Source: a bacterium (GTDB lineage Bacteria; Desulfobacterota; DSWW01). From it: a stretch of 64,000 nt of DNA. The translations under genes were made by a program, and so were the position numbers. How positions within the stretch are numbered: the stretch's first letter is position 1; every line of letters begins with the position of its first letter. This document shows, in pieces, positions 57,325 to 64,000 of this stretch. Under the pieces are notes generated by a model that did not search any database, was not told the DNA's origin, and was given only the letters and a program-made list of their open reading frames with translations. Where the stretch lies: the NCBI GenBank assembly GCA_040756235.1, contig JBFLZG010000006.1, positions 1-64,000 on the forward strand, given 5' to 3'.

Positions 57325-58455
57325 ATGGACGTACCTGGACGATCCCGCGAAGCCGAGGACGGGCTGCGGCTTACTCAGGCCCTTCCGGCGGAAGGCCTCC
57401 GCCTCGGGCGGTTTTCACCGCTGCGCCTGCTCCTGTCTTTGCTGGTGTCCGGCGCGGTCGTCTACGGGCTGCTCCGGTTTGCGCAGGTGCCGCCCGGGCA
57501 GATCTGGAGCACCTTGAAGAACACTTCCCCGGCAGCCGTCCTCTGCGGGCTCCTGCTTCATTTCGCCACCTACTGCCTGCGATGTCTCCGCTTCCGGTTG
57601 CTCGTCCACTCGCGCAGCGTCCCGGTCAAACGACTGCTGGACATCGTGCTGGTGCACAATTTCATGAACCATTTCCTGCCCCTCAGGGCCGGAGAGCTGA
57701 CCTACGTGTATCTGCTTCGGCGGAGGGAAGGGGTGCCGGTGGCGGAGGGGCTGACCACCCTCGTCATCTCCCGCTGCCTGGATCTCGTTTCGTTCACGCT
57801 CTATTATCCCCTGGCGATCCTCGCCCTCCATCTGGGCGGGTTCGCGTTTCCGCCGTTCGTGCGCCGGGCCCTGTGGGCCGCGGCCCTCCTGTTTCTTCTG
57901 CTCATGGCCCTGCTGGTGGCCCTGTCGTGGAAGGGAAGGGCGCTGCTCGACCGGTTCGAGCGCACTTCTTGGGTTCGAGGGCTGCGGAGGCGGTCTCGTC
58001 TGGCGAAGCTCGTGCTGGACAAGCTCGAGGAGGTCAGCCTCGGGTTCGAGCACCTGGGCAACCGGAGAATCTATTGGAAGGCGCTTGCCCTTTCACTCGC
58101 AACCCTCGGGCTGGTCTATCTGGTCGGGTACGTGCTTCTGACCGGCATGGGCTACTTCATTTCGTTCCCTCTGATCATCGTCTGCTCCACGCTGGCCAGC
58201 CTGGGTTTCATGCTTCCCCTGTACAGCTTCGGCGGTTTCGGCACCCTGGAGGCCGGCTGGACCGTGGGCTGCATGATGGCCGGTTTCTCCAAGGAGATGG
58301 CGCTGGCCAGCGGCTTCAGCTTCCACATCCTCGTGCTGGCCTACGTCACGCTCATGGGGATCGTGGGCATGGTCCGTATCGGCGCCTCCGGCGGCCGTGG
58401 CCCGGAAGAACCGCTTTTCTGTCAGGAGCGCGCGCCCGGCAGGAAGGAGCCATGA
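57325..58455 (+). CDS. Lysylphosphatidylglycerol synthase TM / flippase-like membrane protein
   Basis: LR..RF, N.FLPLRAGE, R.LD, P..GGFGTLE; many TM helices. Confidence 0.85.
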   Translation: MDVPGRSREAEDGLRLTQALPAEGLRLGRFSPLRLLLSLLVSGAVVYGLLRFAQVPPGQIWSTLKNTSPAAVLCGLLLHFATYCLRCLRFRLLVHSRSVPVKRLLDIVLVHNFMNHFLPLRAGELTYVYLLRRREGVPVAEGLTTLVISRCLDLVSFTLYYPLAILALHLGGFAFPPFVRRALWAAALLFLLLMALLVALSWKGRALLDRFERTSWVRGLRRRSRLAKLVLDKLEEVSLGFEHLGNRRIYWKALALSLATLGLVYLVGYVLLTGMGYFISFPLIIVCSTLASLGFMLPLYSFGGFGTLEAGWTVGCMMAGFSKEMALASGFSFHILVLAYVTLMGIVGMVRIGASGGRGPEEPLFCQERAPGRKEP

Positions 58456-58458
58456 GCC

Positions 58459-59979
58459 TTGCCAGCGCTCAAGGCCCGGTGTGAGAAAGCCCTGTTCGCC
58501 GCGTGCATGGCTCTCGCCCTGGCGGGCGCCGGCGGACCGGCCTTTGCCTTCAGGTCCCAGGCGATCCCCATTCCCGGCGAGATCCAGGAGATCCGGGCCG
58601 ACGATCTCGGCGGAGATGGGCAAAAGGAGATCTTCGTCAGCACGAACCGGGTCGACGGCAAGCGCATCGAACGGCTCATCCGCGTGTTCGCATGGCCCGG
58701 CGAGTCGGAGCCCGCCCTTCTGGTCCCTCAAAGCTCCTGGGCCGTGGACCCGGAAGCCGTCTTCTGGGATACGGGTCCCGAGGGCTCGAGCGCGCACCCG
58801 TCCCGGTCCCTGTACTTTCTTTCCTGCCACGGTCTGTGGAGGCTGCCCGGGAGAGGCGCTGCGCCCGGCAAGCCTCTGTGCCAGGTGCGCGAGCCCCTTC
58901 TGGTGGCCTCGTCCCAGGAGGACGGCTTCCCCTGCCTCGACTTCATCCGCGACTGGGATGGAGACGGAAAGGAGGAGGCCTTGCTGCCGCAGAGTCGGAA
59001 AGCCCTGTTCTTCCGCCTGAACGGGAACGGCTCCTGGGAGCTCTCCGATGCGGCCGAGGTCAGTCCCTACTCGATGTACAACAACAATGTCCTGTTCGGC
59101 CGGAAGGTGGGGAGCTACGAGTTTCTGTCGGTCATTCTTTTCCCGCTGTTCGAAGCGGCCGACCTGAATCGGGACGGGCGGACGGACCTCCTGGTGCTGC
59201 GGGACGGAAAGGGCCTGCCCTTTCTCAGGGGCGAAGACGGACGCCTCGGCGGCCAGGGCGAGCCGTGGGACCTGGACATCCGGACGGCCGAGGAGAGGCT
59301 GCGCCACAGGGCGACTCTGTCCTACAGGGTGGCGGACCTGAACCGGGACGGATGCGCCGACGCGGTGGTCCACAAGGTGGGGGTCAATTTTGCCAGCTGG
59401 GATTCGGAGACCGCCGTTTTCCTGGGCAACCCGGGCGGGTCGGCCGGAGGCAAGCCGGACCTGAGCTTCTCTTCCCGGGGGCTCCTTTCGGGTTTTTCCC
59501 TGGAAGATCTGGACGGGGACGGATTTTCCGATCTGACGCTCTGGTCGGTGCGGATGGGGATCTGGCCGATGATCGAGATCCTGCTGAGAAAGGTCGTCCA
59601 CGTGAAAGCCGAGTCCTACTACGGTGCCTGGCCCCCCGGCTTTCCGGAGGAACCCCAGACCAGCAGAGGGTTCGAATTCACCATCGACACGGCGCGGCCG
59701 GGGTTCTTCAGCGGGCTCGTGCCGAACACGGAAGCCGATCTGGACGGCGACGGCTTGAAGGACATGGTTGCCGCCATCGGGAGCGATGCGCTGGGGGTCT
59801 ACCTGGGGCAGCCGCGGAAAGGATTTGCGTCGAGCCCGTGGAAGACCGTCGAGGAGAAAGGAGTTGCCCGCATGAACTACGTCCGGGTCGAAGACCTCGA
59901 CGGTGACGGGCTCTGCGACCTCATGGCCTACGAAGCGCACAAGGATCTGTCGGTCCTTCACGTCTGGACCCGCCGCTGA
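58459..59979 (+). CDS. Exported FG-GAP/VCBS repeat protein
   Basis: Signal peptide (AFA), repeated DxxGDGxxD motifs (DWDGDG, DLNRDG twice, DLDGDG three times). Confidence 0.85.
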   Translation: MPALKARCEKALFAACMALALAGAGGPAFAFRSQAIPIPGEIQEIRADDLGGDGQKEIFVSTNRVDGKRIERLIRVFAWPGESEPALLVPQSSWAVDPEAVFWDTGPEGSSAHPSRSLYFLSCHGLWRLPGRGAAPGKPLCQVREPLLVASSQEDGFPCLDFIRDWDGDGKEEALLPQSRKALFFRLNGNGSWELSDAAEVSPYSMYNNNVLFGRKVGSYEFLSVILFPLFEAADLNRDGRTDLLVLRDGKGLPFLRGEDGRLGGQGEPWDLDIRTAEERLRHRATLSYRVADLNRDGCADAVVHKVGVNFASWDSETAVFLGNPGGSAGGKPDLSFSSRGLLSGFSLEDLDGDGFSDLTLWSVRMGIWPMIEILLRKVVHVKAESYYGAWPPGFPEEPQTSRGFEFTIDTARPGFFSGLVPNTEADLDGDGLKDMVAAIGSDALGVYLGQPRKGFASSPWKTVEEKGVARMNYVRVEDLDGDGLCDLMAYEAHKDLSVLHVWTRR

Positions 59980-60138
59980 AGGGCCGCAACGGCGTGCGTT
60001 TTCCGGGCTGCGGGCCCCTTCCATCATGCGCCCTGTCCCCCGACTTCCGAGGTGCAAGGCCAGATGGGACACATGTATTTCTCCTCCTGCATCGGTGAAA
60101 GCGAGCCCGGGCGACGGCGGTTTCGAGACACACCCTTG

Positions 60139-60314
60139 AGAGGCTGGTGAGAAATGGCCGGATGCAAGGCAGGCGAAGTCCTGAGGCCTGTTCCGAGGAG
60201 CGAGAGCGACGAGGAAACCCCCGGCTGCAGCTGACTGCCGCACGACTGCGTACGGGGGATCGCTTCGCTGCGCTCGCAACCGGCGCCGCAGATGGCCGTT
60301 TCTCGCCAGCCTCT
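60139..60314. mobile_element. Family E MITE-like element with replaced interior
   Basis: AGAGGCTGGTGAGAAATGGCC ... GGCCGTTTCTCGCCAGCCTCT; contains an inverted copy of the 27692 repeat. Confidence 0.7.
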
Positions 60315-60330
60315 AGAGAGGAGGGCGGCC

Positions 60331-61116
60331 ATGCAGTTTGACTCATGGGTGCTGGATTCGATCTTGTATCTCTTCTTTTTCCTCGTGCTGCGGGAAGGCC
60401 GCGTGGTCCTGGGAAGGGAGAAGGCCAGCCTTTTCCTTTGGGGATCGATCCTGTGGACCGGCGTCATCGAGAACTTGATGGTGATCCTGGGCGGCTATGA
60501 CTACTTCGCCTATGCGAGTCACTACCGGTTCGGCGGCCAGGTGATCGAGGGCTATGCAGGCTGGTTCGCCTTTCTGCTGTTCGTGCCGCTCTGCATCTGT
60601 CTGGGCTGGTTCCTGCTCAGCCTCCCTGCCTTCGTGATCGCCGACCGCCTGCTCGGGCAGCGGAACATCTGGCTCAAGGCCACCTTCGCAGCCGCGACCC
60701 TGGTGAGCTTCGACATGCTCCTCGACCCGATCTCGGTCGTAAACGAGTGGTGGCGATGGACTTCCCCCGGCTACTACCTGCGCGGCGTGACGGTGAGCAA
60801 CTATATCGGGTGGTTCTTTCTTCTCTTCTTCTTCGGCGCGGTCTTCGAAAGGACCGTCATCCAGAGGAGAGGGTTCGCCTGGCTCGCCCGGATCGAGCGT
60901 CTGATCTTTCGTGCGGACACACGGAACCTGTCGGCTGCCGCCCCCGTGTCGCTGGGCCGCATCTTCTATTTTCGGCTGGCAGCCTTCCTCCCGGTCTTCC
61001 TGGTGAGCTGCATGGCCGTCTCCACGGTCGTCACGCTCCTGGCCGCCAACAACTGGGGGCCTTTCGACAGCGTCTTTCCGAACGAGGCCCTCACGCGCTA
61101 CTTCCGGCAGCCTTGA
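60331..61116 (+). CDS. CruF/DUF422-like (carotenoid biosynthesis family) membrane protein
   Basis: VPL...GW, DMLLDP, WWRW, GVTVSNYIGWF; GGAGG RBS. Confidence 0.75.
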   Translation: MQFDSWVLDSILYLFFFLVLREGRVVLGREKASLFLWGSILWTGVIENLMVILGGYDYFAYASHYRFGGQVIEGYAGWFAFLLFVPLCICLGWFLLSLPAFVIADRLLGQRNIWLKATFAAATLVSFDMLLDPISVVNEWWRWTSPGYYLRGVTVSNYIGWFFLLFFFGAVFERTVIQRRGFAWLARIERLIFRADTRNLSAAAPVSLGRIFYFRLAAFLPVFLVSCMAVSTVVTLLAANNWGPFDSVFPNEALTRYFRQP

Positions 61117-61181
61117 AGGACATGAAGGAAAGCCTCGCGCAGCACGGGCTCCGATCCAGGCAGCCCGTCAGGGAGGTCGAA

Positions 61182-61484
61182 ATGAATGCCGATGCGATCG
61201 TCCTTGGACCCGAAACGCGCACCGTGCTGTTGGCCAAGCTCCGCATGGCCTTGTTCCTGTTCCTCCTCTTTCTCATCCACATCGCCGAGGCCGGTCTCAC
61301 CTTTCCCTTCAAGGGGCACGAGACTTCCACGCAGAACGTGCTCTACGGCCTCGTCGTGACCGCGCCTTTCAACGCGGTTCTGCTCGCATTCGCGCTGGCG
61401 GTCTGGAGGGACTTGTCTGTACGGAGGAGGGAAGCCCGCAAGGCGGAAGCTCCCGGGCGCGAGGGGAAGACGGCGGCCCGTTGA
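61182..61484 (+). CDS. Small two-TM membrane protein
   Basis: GGGAGG RBS, two hydrophobic segments, basic tail. Confidence 0.7.
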   Translation: MNADAIVLGPETRTVLLAKLRMALFLFLLFLIHIAEAGLTFPFKGHETSTQNVLYGLVVTAPFNAVLLAFALAVWRDLSVRRREARKAEAPGREGKTAAR

Positions 61485-61589
61485 GCCGGTACGCGTGGCG
61501 GAGGACGGCCTTTGGGGCGGACCGCCAGGTGAAAGGTGAAGGTCAAAGGGCAAAGTGAAAAGGGGGCGAGTGGCGCTCCGCTTGCACCT

Positions 61590-62504
61590 TTACTCTTCTC
61601 CCAGAGTGCGCCCGCCGCCCGCCTTCTTGGCTCGAAAGAGGCGGTCCGCCGCCCTGTGGAAGAGCCCGTCCGCGCTCTCCCCCTCCAAGGCCTGGCAGAT
61701 CGCCAGGCTCATTCCGACCCCCGGGCCGGACTGGCCGGAGGCCGCGCGAATCCGTTCGCAGATCCGCAGCGACTGTGCGCGATCGGTTTCGGGCAGGATG
61801 GCCGCGAAAGTATCCGCCTCCAGGCGGAAGATGCTGTCCACTTCGCGGCGTGTCTGCGCGATCAGGAGGCGGCCGATGGAGGCGAGCAACTCGTCTCCGG
61901 CATCGTTCCCGTGCCTCTCGTTGAAGTCCTTGAACGCGTCCAGGTCGAGGAGGCAGAGGGCCAGCGGATTTCTCTGCCGGCAGGCTCGCTTGAGCTCCCG
62001 GGTGAGAAAGAGGTGGAAGGCTTTCCGGTTGTACAGCCCGGTCAGCGGGTCTCGCAGATTGGCTTCTTCCTGAAAGGCGGCGAGCAGCCTGTCCGCCGTG
62101 ATGTCCCGCAGGATCTCCACGATCGCCTGTATCTGCCCGTCCGCATCGAGGACGGGGTAAGCCCGGCCCTCCAGGTGTTGCTCTTCTCCATTGCGCGAGC
62201 GCCGGGGCAAGGCGACCGGCCCCGCGGCGACGCGGCTCTCGAAAGCCCTGGCGGCCGGGCACCCTTGCGGTCCGCCTCCGCAAGGTGCGTCGGATGCGAA
62301 CAGGGCCTCGTGGCACTTGATGCCGGCCGGATCCCGTTGGGCGCCCCGGAGCCAGGCCGCGGCCGTCCCGTTGACGGCCAGGATGCGGAGCTCTCCGTCC
62401 AGGACGAGGACCCCGTCGCTCGTCCCCTGGAACAGGCTTTCGATGAAGCCGGAGCTCTGCCGTATGCGGTCCATGGGGGCGTGGCGCGCCGCAGCTTTCT
62501 TCAT
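61590..62504 (-). CDS. PAS plus degenerate GGDEF protein
   Basis: DPLTGLYN, DLDAFK..N, REVD I-site, active-site motif reads EADTF; GAGGAGG RBS. Confidence 0.85.
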   Translation of the reverse strand: MKKAAARHAPMDRIRQSSGFIESLFQGTSDGVLVLDGELRILAVNGTAAAWLRGAQRDPAGIKCHEALFASDAPCGGGPQGCPAARAFESRVAAGPVALPRRSRNGEEQHLEGRAYPVLDADGQIQAIVEILRDITADRLLAAFQEEANLRDPLTGLYNRKAFHLFLTRELKRACRQRNPLALCLLDLDAFKDFNERHGNDAGDELLASIGRLLIAQTRREVDSIFRLEADTFAAILPETDRAQSLRICERIRAASGQSGPGVGMSLAICQALEGESADGLFHRAADRLFRAKKAGGGRTLGEE

Positions 62505-62591
62505 CGATCGGACCTCCTCATTCTCTGTATATTGCCGCGAACACCGCCCGGTTTCCCCTGCTTCAGGAGGCTCTCGAAAAAGACCCTCTGG

Positions 62592-62757
62592 AGAGGCTGG
62601 GGAGAAATGGCCAGATGCAAGGCGCGCGAAGTCCTGAGGAGCGAGGCGTACATGGCAGTACGCCGCAGTGACCCCGGCTTGCGCCGGGGCAGGCTCCCCC
62701 GCCTCTATGCCGCGCCATGAGCGCAACGCCGCAGATGGCCATTTATCGACAGCCTCT
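62592..62757. mobile_element. Family E MITE-like element with palindromic insert
   Basis: Colinear with 50930-51056 plus inserted CCCCGGCTTGCGCCGGGGCAGGCT.. Confidence 0.75.
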
Positions 62758-62758
62758 C

Positions 62759-64000
62759 TCAGCAGGAGGGGCCCGGCTCCAAAACCTTCTCCAGGGATAG
62801 GGAGAGGAGCTCGGGCGCCTGGTGCACGGGGAGATGCCAGATTCTCGCCTCGGAACCGACGGGAAGGTCCGGGACGCTGTCGGAGCCCGCGCTCGCGCCC
62901 GGGTGTGTCACGATCAGCTTGACCCTGGGATTGATCGTGACCATGCGGTGCACGGGCGAAGGAGAGGATCGGCCCCCCGAGCGGCCGTCCAGAATGACCC
63001 AGTCGATCTCGTCCTTGCGCCGGCTGTAAATGTCGAGAGCTTCCTGGCCGCTCTCGGCCGGGATGACGTCGTAGTGCATTCGGGAAAGGACGTCCCGGAA
63101 GAGGTCGCGGGTGGCCGGGTCCGGGTCGGCCACGAGAATCCTGCCGGCCCTGGCCCCCTTGCCCTTTTCGGCCGTGGCGGGCGGCGGTGCAGGTGCGAGC
63201 CTCGGGAAGAGCAGCCGGAAGGTCGAGCCGCTTCCGGGTCTGCTGTTCACGAGGATCTCCCCCCTGTGCTTCTTCACCATGCTGTACACCACGCTCAGAC
63301 CCAGCCCGGTGCCTTTTCCGGGTTCTTTGGTGGTGAAGAAAGGATCGAAGATCCGGGGCAGGTTCTCCTCGGCGATGCCCAGGCCCGTGTCCTCCAGGAC
63401 GATCTCGACCAGGGCCTGTCCGCCCCCTTTCTCGGCCTTGCCCCCGACCGCCGAGGGGCGGTGGACCGCGGTGGCGACGCGAATCCGTCCGCCCTCGGGC
63501 ATGGCGTCCCGGGAGTTGAGAAGGATGTTCATCAGGATCTGATCGATCTGGTCCGGGTCGGCCTCGATCCGGCCCGCCTCCGGGTCGAGCTGGAGCTGAA
63601 CCTGGATCTTGGACCCGAGGGTGCTGCTCAGAACGCTCAGGGTTTCGTGGATCCGTCTGTTGACCTCCACCGGCTTCCGCTCCAGGGCGGCGGCCTCCCG
63701 GCTCATGCCCAGAAGCTGGCGCGTGAGCCCGCAGGCCTTCTGGGTCATCCTGTGAAGGATCTCCGCCGAGCGGCCGATTGCAGGGACTTCCCTGGCCTTC
63801 AGGGTGAGCAGCTCCGCCTGCGGCAGGATGGCGGTCAGGATGTTGTTGAACTCATGGGCAAACCCGCTGGCGAGGGTGCCCAGGGACTCCATCTTCTGGT
63901 GGTGAACGATCTGCTGCTCGAGAGCTTTCCAGGCGGTGATGTCGAGCAGGCATCCCTGCACGGCCCTGGCGCCCTGAAACTGGATCGGGCCGTACCCGTG
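62759..64000 (-). CDS. Hybrid histidine kinase-receiver (5' end outside window)
   Basis: QKMESLGTLASGFAHEFNN, NSRDAMP, FFTTK, GTGLGL, degenerate C-terminal REC. Confidence 0.9.
   Translation of the reverse strand, partial: HGYGPIQFQGARAVQGCLLDITAWKALEQQIVHHQKMESLGTLASGFAHEFNNILTAILPQAELLTLKAREVPAIGRSAEILHRMTQKACGLTRQLLGMSREAAALERKPVEVNRRIHETLSVLSSTLGSKIQVQLQLDPEAGRIEADPDQIDQILMNILLNSRDAMPEGGRIRVATAVHRPSAVGGKAEKGGGQALVEIVLEDTGLGIAEENLPRIFDPFFTTKEPGKGTGLGLSVVYSMVKKHRGEILVNSRPGSGSTFRLLFPRLAPAPPPATAEKGKGARAGRILVADPDPATRDLFRDVLSRMHYDVIPAESGQEALDIYSRRKDEIDWVILDGRSGGRSSPSPVHRMVTINPRVKLIVTHPGASAGSDSVPDLPVGSEARIWHLPVHQAPELLSLSLEKVLEPGPSC

Noticed and set aside
58452..58484. Frameshift at the start of the FG-GAP gene (ATG with RBS is out of frame)
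   Set aside because: An in-frame TTG at 58459 lies 9 nt from the same AAGGAG and gives a normal signal peptide
13681..62757. CRISPR array, integron attC array or tRNA genes among the palindromic repeats
   Set aside because: Repeats are dispersed and nested, with no regular repeat-spacer period, no cas or integrase gene and no cloverleaf or T-loop motif seen

Overview
High-GC bacterial chromosomal segment. Gene content suggests an anaerobe, probably deltaproteobacterial (Desulfobacterota-like); this is an inference. It holds about 50 CDS and no recognisable rRNA, tRNA, CRISPR array or intact transposase. Main features: (1) A metF-like/hdrC/hdrB/hdrA(L)/mvhD/metV/metF cluster. mvhD has an in-frame UGA at a conserved Cys position followed by a SECIS-like hairpin (selenoprotein, missed by the ORF track), the leading MetF paralogue lacks catalytic residues, and the oxidoreductase insert of the large HdrA appears to have lost its NAD(P)H-binding subdomain. 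(2) An operon behind a sigma54-type promoter: small ORF, REC-histidine kinase, and an orphan PilB/GspE ATPase carrying both an MshEN c-di-GMP motif and a C-terminal receiver domain. (3) A TsrM-like B12 radical SAM gene directly upstream of tyrS. (4) A glycyl radical enzyme with no adjacent activase. (5) Many signalling genes and a PIN toxin-antitoxin pair with a palindromic operator. (6) A layered set of intergenic repeats, including GAGGCTG-ended miniature elements that join REP hairpins exactly at the tetraloop. All calls come from motifs read by eye, not database searches.
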